64,000 nucleotides of DNA from Octopus sinensis (lineage: Eukaryota). A program made the position numbers and the translations under genes. Under the pieces are notes generated by a model. The model searched no databases. It was given only the letters and a program-made list of their open reading frames with translations, and was not told the DNA's origin. How positions within the stretch are numbered: position 1 is the first letter of the stretch; each line of letters opens with the position of its first letter. Positions 14,391 to 28,747 of this stretch are shown here, in pieces. The DNA lies in NCBI RefSeq assembly GCF_006345805.1, contig NC_043000.1:48422001-48486000 (forward strand). The letters run 5' to 3'.

Positions 14391-14429
<39 letters not shown>

Positions 14430-15145
14430 TATTTCTTAGTATATTTATTTATGCACGTGTGTATGTGTGTGTGTGTGTAATTCCTTTGTGATACTCACAC
14501 ATATACAAATATACATATGTATATATATATATGCAAACACACACACACATATTTGAACTAATGTGGCAGTAAAGAAGTAGCTTTTCAGAAATTATTTTGC
14601 TGTATTAAAAGTTGTACAACATTGTTTATAGCTACCACCTATGTATTACATTGATCAAACTAGATGAAAGCGTACAACACTATACATCTTACAAACAGTG
14701 ATAACAGTTGAATGCTTGACCACACAGTCAATCATTAACTGTGAGGTTTTTCTAAATTTAATCAAATGGGTTACGACGTGTATGCTAATACACAACAGGT
14801 TACTACAAAACTATTGAGAATCATCTGGCTTCAAATAAGATTCTCTAGAGTCGTAGATAAAAGCATGAAAAAGCAACTATTATAAGCAGACATGGGAAAC
14901 CTTAGCAACAGCCAGTATTGCTTCCTATTCATGGAAGACTTTTCAGTCAACAGTACATCTCAAGAGTTTGGGCAAAAACAATAGCTGCTATACAAATATG
15001 CCTAATCTGAGGTAAAATGGTTAGGAATAGCTATTCTACAGGGAACTAAAAACATTGTCATATTATTTCAACGCTGAATTGATGGCTTCTCTCAGGCTGC
15101 AAGGAAAATAAATGGATAAATAAAAATAAGAAAAACATCACCTAA

Positions 15146-15201
<56 letters not shown>

Positions 15202-16504
15202 ATGCTGCTAGTCAGATTTGATTATTGGATCAACAACGATTTCAATAAAGGATCTGAATTTATTGTTAACACTGCACCGTAAACAATATAAAAAAGAAAG
15301 TGTTAAACTATATTTGATACTAAATAAAACAATTTACACTCATGACATCTATATAAACACAAAGGAATTTTTTCAATTATCATCTATGCAATGTTGTCTT
15401 CAATTTTGTTACGTTTCTATTTCAAGGTACATAAAGTACTTCTATTTCAAGGGAGATGAAGTACTTTAGAAATAGTATATTAGGGAAGGAATGAGTGTGG
15501 GAGAAATCATGCAATATGTTACCTAATATCATCACAAAGAAGATATTTCTAGGTGGTCTTTCCATCTGCTAGATCTTACTGCCAGATGCTCTTGTGTTAT
15601 ATTCTACTGTCTTGGAAGTGAAAGGACACATTGTATAATCCATCCATCCATCCATCTTTTCTGCTCACTATTCCTGAGTAGGTCTTGGTGGGTAGCACCC
15701 TCAGCCACCTTCTCCATAGGGTTCTATCATAGGCAACTGTCATTACATTTTCTGGTTAAATTCCAAATCATGACCAACTGAGATTATGAATATTTCCTAA
15801 CCGTCTCATTCTTGGGCTACTTGTATAATGTAGTTCTAAATATACAAAAAAGACAGGTTGATTATGACTAGAATGTCTTCGGTCATAACTCTGCTTAATT
15901 AGGGCCATCCAGGAGCTAACAACAATAACAACAACCATAGTGAACCAACAAATAAATCTGCTATTTAAGCCATTAAAATCACATTCTGCTGTTTTAAAAA
16001 GTTCTAATTTGGTTAATGTGTCTACAGATTACACAGGATGGTCATAGCTGGAACATTTATATTCATAGGTCTGCTTGATGATGGATGATCTGCTGTTAAA
16101 TAACAGCAACACCAACACCAGCACAAGAACTAGTGATAACATTATGAATGAGCAGTTTTTCTGACATATAGAATATCCATTCGATGTATCCATCATTTGT
16201 TTCACGTTAATCTGAAACTGTATATTCACTTAATTCTTCAGACATCTTCACATCGATTTTATTTCAAATGTGTAATTGATACAATCTGATGAAGACAATT
16301 TGTCAGAAACTACTCATGATCACATGACATGTAGTGGTAGGCTACTTGACTAAATAATTTATGTATTTAGTTTCGTGTAACTATGCTCTTATTTCAAATC
16401 CATCAAACATTGACATCTTATTTACTCATCAATGGCTCATAAAATAAATACTCCCTCCTCCTCCTCCTCCTCCTCCTCATCATCATCATCATCATCATCA
16501 TTTT

Positions 16505-16885
16505 GTGTCCTTTTTTACATACTGGCATGGATTAGACAGTTTGACTGGGATTTGTAAACCAGAGAACTGTACCAAGCTCCAATCTCACTTGGCTTGGCTT
16601 CTAATGCCCTTCCTACTGCCAGTCACTCCAAGAGTGTTGTGGGGAGAATTTTACTTGTCATTGGCACAAGTGCCTCTTATGTGCCACAGGCATGGTTGCC
16701 TTCTATCTGTCGCCAGCACTGGCCACATCTATGATTTCCCTTAGCTTAAAGTGTCTTCCCAAGCGCAGCATATAACCAATGATCTCAATCACTTGTCATC
16801 ACCTCTCTGAGACTCAAGATCCAAAGATCATATTTCACCACCTCATCCCATGTCTTCCTGAGTCTACCTCTTCCATAGGTTCCCT
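16505..16885 (-). mobile_element. RTE-type LINE 3' end
   Basis: Minus translation GRLRKTWDEVVKYDLWILSL..MTSD..W, followed by an RTE-like 3' UTR ending in (TGA)n(GGA)n. Confidence 0.6.
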
Positions 16886-17330
16886 CCACAGTTATTTGAG
16901 TAATTAAATAATAAATGAAAATCAAGAAATTAAGCAAAACAAACAATAAATAAATTACCCAGAGTTCTTAATACTTGCCAAATATGCTATGTTAATATCC
17001 ATATGAAATTATATTTCCATCTGCACACAGTTGTGTTAATTTCATCACATTTATTTCTATTGTGAGCTCTGGTGTCAGTCACTGTATTGTGATTGATTTT
17101 AATCATGCCTATAAATGTGTAGACATGCGGATAATATAGGAAAGTAATGGTATGCATATATTTGCAGTGGGACAATAGAAATAATAGAGTGCCAGGTTCA
17201 ATGACATACTATACATTTTACTCTCATACTGCTTGGCTCAGTTTTCCTTTGAGCATTGTGATCTCAATGAAATAAGAAGTAATATTGCAATATTAACTCA
17301 ATTTTACATGTATATGAATATACATATAAA

Positions 17331-17562
17331 GGCGTCGAGCTGGCAGAAACGTTAGCTCGCCAGGCGAAATGCTTAGCAGTATTTTGTCTGCCGTTACATT
17401 CTGAGTTCAAATTCCGCCGAGGTCGACTTTGCCTTTCATCTTTTCGAGGTCGATAAGTAAAGTACCAGTTACACACTGGGGTTGATATATTCGAGTTAAT
17501 CCCTTTGTCTGTCCTTGTTTGTCCTCTCTATGTTTTGCCACTTGTGGGCAATAAAGAAATAA
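17331..17562 (+). mobile_element. SINE family B
   Basis: Full-length colinear copy. Confidence 0.9.
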
Positions 17563-17574
17563 ATATATAAATAT

Positions 17575-17765
17575 ATAGTGAGAATTTACAAAAAGACAAA
17601 AGACGAAGACGGGTGTGTAAACAACAAACTGATGTATTAGTTTATTGCTCAGGAAGTGGGAAAGTCTTTAATGTTTCGAGCCTAAACTCTTCGACGGACA
17701 GGAACACAGAAATAAACAAGGAGAGAAAATAGAAAAAGGTTTAGTGGCTAGCAATCTATCATAGC
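17575..17765 (-). mobile_element. Second copy of the 14150-14390 repeat family
   Basis: Minus 17702-17665: CCGTCGAAGAG tttag GCTCGAAACATTAAAGA. Same tail (CTTCGTCTTTTGT); TA-rich flanks. Confidence 0.55.
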
Positions 17766-18607
17766 GAATATATATATATATATATATATATTGACTTATG
17801 CTCATATATGTCAGTATGTGTGTGCAAATATATGTTGAAACAGTTGATTGGCTGAAGCTGTTGAGCTTCGGGTAAGTGTCTTGTGGTAAATGTTCCTGCT
17901 CTGAATGTTCTGAGTTCATCTCTCAACATATAATGTAGTCTTGAATATACTGGGTATAAACAAAAAATATGCTAGCTTGAAATCTCAGGGCACCACCTGG
18001 GGGGGGGGGGGGCGGTGCAAAGAATGCAGACTGAGCAATGCAGTTGAAAACCTGAAAACTGATAGCTACACACTATCCTAAACATAGTTTTGAAATGAAA
18101 GTGTAACATATATCTTTACTTGCATGTTTCAAGATGTAAAATCCATGAAAGCAATTGTGTATATTAATCGTTTGAGGATCTTACTGAGTGATTATTCTTA
18201 ATTTAAACAAAGAATTAATAAAGTTCAAAGGCAGAAAAATGAAGCAAAGACATTACACGCTAACCAGTAATGCGTGTGGTTGGGGGGAGAGAAAGATGTA
18301 TGCACATGTGTTATTCGTGATCAATACAAGAAAAAGTTTGCAGTGCAGACTTAGAGTGTATATTATTATTTATGTAAGTCATGTTTAGTAAACCATGGTT
18401 GATTATTAGGGTTCTTGTTAATAAAGGGTTTGCTAATGGGAAAAATCAGGCTATTGGGTATGGTATACTAACTGTAACTTACAAAGTAAATACATCATAA
18501 ATTAAATATATATACAAATAGTAATAAAGTATTTTCTACTGCATGCTTATATATGTGCGTGCGTATATATATATATGCGTGTGTGTATGTATGTATATAT
18601 ATATACA

Positions 18608-18745
18608 TAAAGTTAATCCAAACAAGAAAACAAAAACAAAAAAACAACGCGAGGACGTGGAACAAATAAAGTATTATTGGACGCTCAGGAAAGAAGGGAA
18701 GAAGGAGGGTTTGACGTTTCAAGCAGAGCTCTTCGTCGGAAACAT
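18608..18745 (-). mobile_element. Short non-autonomous repeat with hammerhead-like motif
   Basis: Minus 18743-18709: GTTT-CCGACGA-A-GAGC TCT GCT(T)-GAAA-CGTC-AAAC. Embedded in TA/TG microsatellite. Confidence 0.65.
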
Positions 18746-18994
18746 GTATATATGTGTGTGTATATATATATATATGTGTGTGTATATGTATATATATATA
18801 TATATGCATATGTTTATATATGTATATACATGTGTGTGTGTGTATATATGCATATGTGTGTGTGTGTGTGTATGTATATATGGTTATGGTATATTCCATT
18901 AAAAACGTGGTAGAGTACAGTATAAAGCTCGTTGACCTTCGGAATTGGCCAGTACTATCCAATAGTATTATTATATAGTTCCAATTTCTTCAAT

Positions 18995-19047
<53 letters not shown>

Positions 19048-19155
19048 ATACGTATAAATATATATATGTATACATATATATATATATACACATATACATG
19101 CATACACACACACATATATTCATATTTTCCTCCTCTGTAGATATCTTTCACTTTC

Positions 19156-19188
<33 letters not shown>

Positions 19189-19912
19189 AAGTGTGTAAAC
19201 ACAAGACCATATGTATATTACTCATGTTATCATATAAATGTATATACATGCACACACACACACATACATATATATGCACTGTGTGTGCTCATTTCCTCCT
19301 ACATAATATCTACATGTGAGCGCGGGTAGAAAGAGAGCGAAAGAAGCAGACATGTTTCACTTCTTGATAGCATTTTACACATTAATTTATACAGCTCATA
19401 TCTTAATTTAAATCAATATCTAATGTATTATTTAAAAACATTTCAGCGGTAGTTACTTAATTCTGAAATGAAAATCATATATTCAGCAATCATCCATAGA
19501 GGTAAATTTATGTGCATAAGATAGAACTGCATGTATAATTTAACTGTATGTATAATTAATCTATGTTTGAAAACGTGTAGTGCTTCATGAAAATAAAATC
19601 ATTTAGTATATGTAGTCAGCAGAATAAACACATTAGCAATCACCTACTTTGAAATCAAAGAGAGAAATCAGCCTGCAGGCTCTAAATTGCACATCAGTAA
19701 ATGGCATCATACAAACAAGGTAATTTCCTTTGCCAAATGAGTCATGTGACATACCTACTGTTCTACAATTACACACACACACACATATATGTGTGTGTGT
19801 TTATATATATATATATATATATATGTCTGTATATATATGTATGTATGGATGTATGATGTGTGTATGCATATATGTGTGTGTGTGTGTCCATGTATATATA
19901 TGTATGTATATG

Positions 19913-19955
<43 letters not shown>

Positions 19956-20138
19956 TATATATATATGTCTGTATATATATGTATGTATATGTATGTGTAT
20001 ATATATATATATAATATATATATATATTACACACACACACATGTGTGTATCTATATTTGGATGCATATATATATATATGGATATATATATATATCTATAC
20101 CTATGTATATATATATATACACACACACATATATACAT

Positions 20139-20178
<40 letters not shown>

Positions 20179-21332
20179 GCATACACACAGAGAATTTAAT
20201 CAAGCTAAATTAATTGGTCTGTTTAGTCAGCAGTATCAGTGTAGACAATAATTTGATTGTACTGCTCTTTAAATATTACATAGTGTATGGTAGGATGCCA
20301 GTTAATTAAACAAGTTTAATAGTGTGATTCCATTGTTTCTATTCAACCATCTAATATAACACTATCAACAACATGGATATTTGATTATTGTGTTGAAATA
20401 TTTGGTGCCTTTTTTGTTTTTGTCTCTTGTTTCTCTTTGTGTTAATACCCACTTGATTACTTGCATGCCTTGTTGTTCTTCAAGACCGTCATTGTTTTCT
20501 TTGGAAGAAAAACAATTTTGGGTTCAATAGCATGCATTGTTTATGCTTTATAGCTTTTAGAAAATCATAATATACAATATAAATTAGGCCTCTCGTTTTA
20601 ATTACAATATTTATTAATTAGAAGTGCAGATAACAGGGTGTCAAACATTTGCTTTGGATCACTAAATATAATGAAATACTTTTCACATATATTTGCATTG
20701 TTTAAAACTAACTTTCTTTAGTAGGCCATTTTATCTTTAAAATATGAGAAACATATGCTTTTATAAATTCACATTATCTAAGAAATGCAGATATATTCAG
20801 AGTTTATAGCAGAAATAATTTAATCGCTCTTTCATAATGAAGCAGACTCAACGGGAATGTAGTACCATAATGATTGGATTCATGAGACAGACTGCATTTT
20901 TAATTCTGTTTTACTATGAGATTGTGGGTGGTGGTGTAAGACGATATATCGGGCCTCCTTTACATCAAAAAGTTAACCTAGGCATTCGATATTTAGAAAT
21001 CAATAAAATATATATCAGGCTTAACTAAATATTGGAATTGGTATGATTGGTTAAAACACTTTGCAAGCGGTATCCCAACACATAGGCTGTTCAATGACTG
21101 TAATATGGATATGTATTCTCTTAAAATTCATAAAAATATACATATAAAACACTCATACACACACATGACATATACGTACATACACACTCATATACACATG
21201 CACACAGTATGGGATTTCGAATTTATTTACCCTGATCCTTTGCCAAGGCAGTTTAATGACCGTAATATAGATATAAAATCTCTTAAAATACATATCCATA
21301 AATATATAAAAATATACATGTAAAAATATACA

Positions 21333-21497
21333 GGCGCAGGAGTGGCTGTGTGGTAAGTAGCTTGCTAACCAACCACATGGTTCCGGGTTCAGTCCCACTG
21401 TGTGGCATCTTGGGCAAGTGTCTTCTGCTATAGCCCCGGGCCAACCTTGTGAGTGGATTTGGTAGACGGAAACTGAAAGAAGCCTGTCGTATATATG

Positions 21498-21548
<51 letters not shown>

Positions 21549-21591
21549 CTGTGTTTGTCCTCCTACCATTGCTTGACAACCGATGCTGCTG

Positions 21592-21635
<44 letters not shown>

Positions 21636-21831
21636 GTGTGTGTTTGTGTGTCTGTGTTTGTCCCCCTAGCATTGCTTGACAACCGATGCTGCTGTGTTTA
21701 TGTCCCCGTCACTTAGCGGTTTGGCAAAAGAGACCGATAGAATAAGTCCCGGGGTCGATTTGCTCGACTAAAGGCGGTGCTCCAGCATGGCCGCAGTCAA
21801 ATGACTGAAACAAGTAAAAGAGTAAAAGAGT
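21333..21831 (+). mobile_element. SINE family A with duplicated internal microsatellite/body segment
   Basis: CATTGCTTGACAACCGATGCTGCTG occurs twice (about 21568 and 21670). Confidence 0.9.
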
Positions 21832-23099
21832 ATGTAAAGATAAACCCACACAGACACTTACACGACACATACGTACATATACACTCATATATACATGCAC
21901 CCGGTCTGCGATCTCGAATTCATTTCCCTTGATTCTTAGTAGATTCAGGCCTAGTGTGAAGTAAGAAAAAATAACATCTCCTTTTCAGAAAACGATGTTA
22001 AAATTTTTAAACGATTACAGCTCATTTCAATAATAACAAATTTTCAGTATTTAAGTATTTATAACAAATTTTCAGTATTTTAAGTATTTATGACATTTTG
22101 TATCCTATGCTACTAAACCCGTCCAGTAACTAGTTACTATGAAGCTAATTATGATGAAAGAACATAGCATTTCTTGAAAAATATAAATCGTTATATTTCG
22201 TTTTTGGATTTGGTTTGCAAGATTCTTTATGAGAGTTCGTGTGTTGAAACATATTCTGTTGTGTCTGGGGAGTGTGGCACAAAAAAAAAAAGAGTTTCCC
22301 CAGACACAACAATAAATCGTTGTATTTATTATGAAAGTTCTCGATGTAAAAATTTACAGTATAGATATTTAGAGCGTAACATTTAAAAAAAAAATACATA
22401 ATTTGTAGAATCTCCTACATTACCGCACAAGGTAGATAATCATTTCTTCATAATATTTGGTGGAATTAGAAGTCTGTATTTAAAATTAAGGAATAAAGAC
22501 GTACAGAATATACATATTTATTTATTTTTGTTTGCCTTCTTATTACAAAGTTTTTAGAATTTCTAGTCTTTGGTATAACACTATTTACAGAATTTAAGCT
22601 TTATATTTTATAAGCGATGTATTAAAATTAAATACATACACACACTCATTTATGTGTGTGTGCTTGCGTATGTTTATATGCCTTGTATTGATATATAATT
22701 CCTTTATACTTTTGCTTATATCAGTCATTGGATTGCCTTCGTTCTGGAGTACTGTTTACTACAGTTTTAATCATTCATATCGACCTGAATATCTATTTAA
22801 GCTTGATAATATTTTTATTGATCTCTACTAATCAAATGGCTTCACTAACTGTTTGATGTACATGGGCTTAGCTCGATGCATCGTCTTACGCTTGCATCCA
22901 AAAAAATTCATGCAAACAGAATTTAAGATGCAATCTATTTTCATATTGTTTTTCTAAATACTAAACTTAATTTGTGCAAATATATCAAGTATACATTTAA
23001 AGAACTGGGAGAGAAAACCCTCGGCGTGAAGGGTATCAAATCAAGGAACGACTGTGCATTCTAATCAACAGAATAGACTTCAAAGTCTATTTACTGTAA

Positions 23100-23400
23100 A
23101 TGGAAACCAGCCGACCAAAGTCAGTTGAGATCACGTGAGTATATTAATGTACGTCTCATCAAGTCCTCATATTATCCCTCCTTCACACTTCACTATAACC
23201 TTTTCCCAACTCTTCACTGCATTTATTAGCCTTCCCCTACCTCGCCCCATCTCCGTTGGCTGCCATGGCTCAAGGATTTCAGCATAGCTGCTCTATTGCC
23301 CCTCTGCTCATACTTTAAGCCAACAGGCTACTCCGCGTAGTTGAGTTAGGTATGCCCAGAAAAAGTGAAACGGATTACTGTTATATTGTACTAATTTTAG
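23100..23400. promoter_or_regulatory. Candidate promoter/first-exon region
   Basis: Non-repetitive, locally GC/CpG-richer segment with CACGTG (about 23132). Minus strand gagccATGG (23266) reads MAANGDGA then AG|gtaggg (23241). It lies just right of the CpG-depleted zone. Confidence 0.25.
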
Positions 23401-23533
23401 GACAATAGATATTCTGAAACATTCATACATGCGCATCGCATACTAAAGACAGAATGAAAAAACGAATAGATAAATAAAAGACATGGGTACAGTGTAATTT
23501 ACAAATCCATATGGATATACACAGGACAGACAG

Positions 23534-23567
<34 letters not shown>

Positions 23568-23889
23568 GGAAGAGAATGCATAGATAGAGATGCACACCAG
23601 AGAAGGACAAGAGGAGACACACGAGACTGAGAGTCACTGGAGAGGTCACAGAAGTAACGACGAAAGAAATTTGACACATGTATAAACTAAAAATAATATG
23701 AATAAAGACTAAAGAGAAGATCAGTGCATGTGTTTCATTGGCAAAATATGACCATCCCCAAGTATAACAATATATATTATGAATTTTTTGTAATGTTCTT
23801 TTTCATGGCTGGGTGGTAAAAAGTTTCTTTCCCAACCACATGTATGTATGATTTCAGTCCCACTGCGTGATACCTTGTACAAGTGTCTG

Positions 23890-24119
23890 TTTCTTTATTA
23901 CCCACAAGGGGCTAAACACAGAGAGGACAAACAAGGACAGACAAACGGATTAAGTCGATTACACCGACCCCAGAGCGAAACTGGTACTTATTTAATCGAC
24001 CCCGAAAGGATGACAGGCAAAGTCAACCTCGGCGGAATTTGAACTCAGAACGTAACGGCTGACGAAATAACGGCTACGCATTACGCCCGGCGTGCTAACG
24101 GTTCTGCCAGCTCGCCGCC
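23890..24119 (-). mobile_element. SINE family B
   Basis: Full-length reverse-complement copy. Confidence 0.9.
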
Positions 24120-24126
24120 GTCTTCT

Positions 24127-24800
24127 ACTGTGTAGCTCCAGGCCGACCAAAATTTTGTGAGTGGATTTGATTGATGGAAACTGGAGAAAGTCTGGTGTAT
24201 TCATATTTGTGTATGTTTGTGTGTGTGTGTGTGAGTGTGTGTGTGTGTGTGTTTTGTGCTTGTGCTCATCCCACACCACCACTTGACAAACGATGCTGGT
24301 TTGTTGACGTCCCCATAACTTAGTGGTTCAATCGATGCAATGCCCAAGCATGGCCGCTGTCCAATGATTGAAACAAGTAAACGATATAGAAGAGATAATA
24401 TATATATATATATTGGCGTAGGCGTGGGTATGTAGTAAGAAGCTTTGTTCTGGGTTCAGTCCGACTGTGTGGTACCTTAGGCAAATGTCTTCTACTATAA
24501 TCTCAGGCTGACTAAAGCCTTGTGAGTGGATTTGGTAGAAGGAAACTGAAAGAATCCTATCGTGTATATTTATATATTTATGTTTGTGTGTGTGTTTGAG
24601 TCTGTTTGTCCTGCCCACCACCGCTTGACAGCCGATGTTGCTGTGTTTACGTCCCTGTAACTTAGTGGTTTGGCAGAAGAGATTGATAGAACAAGCACCA
24701 GGCTAATAAAGAATAAGTCCAGGGGTCGATTTCTTCGACTAAAGGCGGTGCTCCAGCATGGTCACTGTCAAATGACAGAAACAAGTTAAAGAGTAAAGAG
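24127..24800 (+). mobile_element. Two tandem family A SINEs (5'-truncated 24127-24395; 24415-24800)
   Basis: Family A body and tail motifs appear twice. Confidence 0.8.
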
Positions 24801-25514
24801 TGTATGTATGTATGTATGTATGTATGTATGTATGTATGTATGTATGTATGTAGAAAGATAGCTAGATAAACACACGTTTATCTAGCAAAATATTACCTTG
24901 AAATTTTCTTGTGCAGCCCGCCTAATGGTTCATCTATCTATCTATCTATCTATCTCTATCTATCTATCTATCTATCAACATGCACACACAGAAATAAGCA
25001 AATGGATACACAGAAACATACGCACACATACACTTACATACCCACACATTTCTATACATTATGTATGTATGTATGTATGTATGGGTGTATGTAAAACCAA
25101 TTATGTTAATGTATCTGAAAAAAGTCTTTTATAATCTGTTGTCTTCATTCAGTTTGCCCTAAATAGATTAACTACAGAAATATTTCTTATCAGTTAGTTT
25201 CTTTTTCAGTCTGAAAGAGGAAAATATTTGCATTTCATAGATTAAATACTATGTTACTAAATACAAGAGACACGCACAAACAATTTCAGTTCCTGTCTTG
25301 GTCATGCAGTCTCGGTCACGACGTTTCTTCACGAGTTCCAATTTTTTTTTACTGTGTTTCAGGCAAAACAGTTCACGTGATATTCTTCTTGTTTATTTTG
25401 TTTAAGATATAAGTAATTGTTATTGTGGATCAACCCTAGCCTAATTTAGATCAAGATCAAAGGAATTGGATAAGCATGTATACTCAACCTCAGAAGCCCT
25501 ACATTTTAGAACTA

Positions 25515-26077
25515 TTGGCTTGTCTGGAAAGTTCGTACCGATTTATAGTAGCTTACATTTCGACTTATTTTAGAACATGGTTGAGGTCATAAAATAGGAT
25601 TTGACTACACCTCCATTTAGAGCAAGGTTTAAGCTATCTTTTCGTCGAAGAAGATTTATGTTCCTATAACCTGTGTTAATTCTGTAACCCTTTAAAATGG
25701 AAGATAAAAAAGTTCATTTTCGGTATTTGATGCTTTGGGAACCAGACAAAAATTGCTGCAGCTCGGCTGGGATGTGTTACCCCACCCTCCATATTCACCA
25801 GATATTGCTCCCTCGGATTTCCACTTATTTAGGTCTCTGCAGAATTGTCTTAATGGTAAAAATTTCAATTCTTTGTATGACGTAAAAAGATACCTTGAAT
25901 TCTTTGCCATGAAACCACCTCAATTCTAGGAAGAGGGTATTTTCAAGTTAAAGGAAAGATGGAGACGCATTGTGCAACAAAATGGCTGATATTTGGTTGA
26001 TTAAAAATGCAATGGCAAGTATTTATTAACCCTTTTCTTTCCTTTAAAAATCGGCACGAACTTTCCGGACAACCCAA
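25515..26077 (+). mobile_element. Internally deleted mariner element
   Basis: About 30-bp TIRs (25515-25544, 26048-26077) with TA TSDs. The N-terminus MEDKKVHFRYLMLWE is fused directly to TRQKLLQLGWDVLPHPPYSPDIAPSDFHLF...KERWRRIVQQNG. Confidence 0.9.
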
Positions 26078-26601
26078 TATATAGGACTAGATTATTTAAT
26101 ACGTTTTTTTTTTTAGATGATTTAAGATAGGAGCGTGTGATTTGAGAAAGATTTGACTATTACTCTTAGTAATTCTAGCAACCACGTATAGGATATATCC
26201 CTGTAGTGATAAAGACTGTAACACGAAAGGTCTAGAACAGAGAGAAGGCAACCTTTCTCGAGAAGTGAGCCATATGAGATATGATCAGTTATTAGGCGGG
26301 CTGCACAACAAGAAAAAATCAAAGTAATATTTTGCTAAGCATGCCATTCAGTAAGTTCCACGGGCTACAGATTGCCCATCACTGGCCTAGAATATATTAA
26401 TCAGCAAGATTTAGGTATGTCTCATTTGACTTCAAAAATAGGTAATTCTGAATTTGATTTTCACATTCTATTGTCACATGTTTGTAAGTTAAACAACATC
26501 CGAACGTATTTTCCTTTGCCATCTTGTTGGTTGGTATTCATAATCAGCGGCAAATATATTCCAAACACCCCCCACACACACTCTCTCTCTCTCTCTCTCA
26601 T

Positions 26602-26655
<54 letters not shown>

Positions 26656-27648
26656 GTATGTATGTTGCTGCCTTTGAGGGATCCAGATGCTACCTTAATT
26701 GCTGCCATTGAGAGACTCACAAAGACCTGAGCAACAATTCTTACACATAAAAGTAAAAGCGGAACAATTGTCTCCAATGATATAAAATGTTTCAAAGGGA
26801 TTATTCCAAAGAGATAGTCTTTCTGTCATCCTGTTCATTTTAGCATTAAATCCCTTATTTCTGCTACAAAACCAAATAGCTACATGCTAGGACCGGCAAA
26901 TGCAAGTGATATTAATGTAACCCATAATTTCTTTGTGGATGGCCTCAAGGTGGATGGCCTCAAGGATGCCAAAAATGTTAGAAATGCCAAAAAACAGCTA
27001 GGATTAACAGCATTTTCAGATTATAAAGGAATTAAATTTGGCTAAATGAAATGTTTATATTTGACTGTAGAGCGAGGAAGATCATACCCTAAACCTGTGC
27101 ATCAATTGTCTAACTAGCATTCCTGTCCTATGCAAAGAATGCTACAAGTACCTGGGCATTGATGAAAATATATCATACGAAGGTACTGTAAATAAAGATA
27201 GAATATTATACCAGACTTAGAAAAATATGGCTGTTGCAACTCCCCTTTTACAGCAAGACAATATCCCACTTATTTACATTACATGTGTCGATACCGACAT
27301 TTGGGATACTTGACTACCTGTATAGGAAATTCACTCCTTAGACGTTAAAATTGGTAATATGATGACATCAACTAGAAATCTCCATAGAAATAATGAAATT
27401 GGTTGGCTCTATCTAAGAAGCGATGAAGGAGAAAGAGGCTTGAGATTTTTACAGACAACCTTCAAATATTGTATAGTCTCTCTTAAATTGGACTTCCTAA
27501 GCAACAGCAGCAAAAGTTAATACATTGATATAGTGATGAAAAGTGAAGAGAATACTATCCTATGCGTGGGCAGCAAGTGCCTCAGGAAGCATCCTCTTCC
27601 TGATTATCTCCCATACAGACCCCATGTAGTTTAATTAATATAACTCTA

Positions 27649-27985
27649 GGCGCATGGCTCAGTGGTTAGAGTGTCGAGCTTACGATCGTGAGGTTGTGAG
27701 CTCGAATCCCGGACCGGGCTGCGTGTTGTGTTCTTGAGCAAGACACTTTATTTTCACGTTGCTCCAGTTCACTCAACTGTAGAAATGAGTTGCGACGTCA
27801 CAGGTTCCAAGCTGTATCGACCTTTGTCTTTCCCTTGGATGACACTGGTGGCGTGGAGAGGGGAGGCCGGTATGCATGGGCGACTACTGGTCTTCCATTA
27901 AAAAAAACAACCTTGCCCAGACTTGTGCCTCAGAGGGTAACTCTCTAGGTGCAAACCCATGGTCACTCATGACCGAAGGGGGTCT
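27649..27985 (+). mobile_element. SINE family C (tRNA head; GTGTTCTTGAGCAAGACAC central domain), inserted in the LINE
   Basis: A box TGGCTCAGTGG and B-box-like GAGCTCGAATCCC. Related decayed minus-strand copies at about 3080-3295, 11735-11945, 47095-47230 and 58905-59140. Confidence 0.85.
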
Positions 27986-28747
27986 AAAAAGATAACCTGG
28001 ATGTGAACCGCTGAGTATACCAAAAAAAGTGGGGGGTGTCTATGCATGGGAACGTTTCCCAAAGACTTGAAGAAGATAGCCATATTGACATAAAGAGCAA
28101 CATCTTTTGAACTCGTGATCGCTACATCACATCATGTTTCGAAGTTTATATACATTTGCTTTCCAAGAACAGGAGATTGCTACGAAATACTTAATAAACA
28201 AAAGAGTGAAGCCTTTGGGGCTCCAAGATGCAACTGTAAATGTAGATTGTTATATTTCTGTGGATGACATCACACATGATTAGCAGCTGCCCAAAAGATG
28301 TCATCAATGTACTACCACCTTATACGAAACGGCGTTGTTGTGAAAACAGTATACAATGTCATTTAGAAAAAGAAAAAGAATGTTCTGGAATGAATATAGA
28401 TGACCCCCCACTATTATTGAACATGTACGCAAACATCAAGACAAGGAATACAGTTGGAACATTCCCATCAAAACATCTGTCAAGTTGTTATGTGACCATA
28501 ACAACAACAACAACAACAATAATAATATAATAATAATAATAATAATAAAACATAACAGGCCAGATGTTGTTTGCGATTGACAAGAAAAAGTATGTACTGT
28601 CATAGAGGTCAACAGTTCTGGTGATGTGAATATCTCTTTGTAAATCAAAGAGAAAGATGATAACTATGGACAACTGCTTCAAAACTTCCAGCATCTTATA
28701 TCCAGATAATAAATTCACATTTATACTAATAATAATTAGGGCACTTT

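Noticed and set aside
16286-16320. CTGATGAAGACAATTTGTCAGAAACTAC
   Set aside because: The core and a 3-bp helix II are present, but there is no helix III/NUH or helix I; likely chance.
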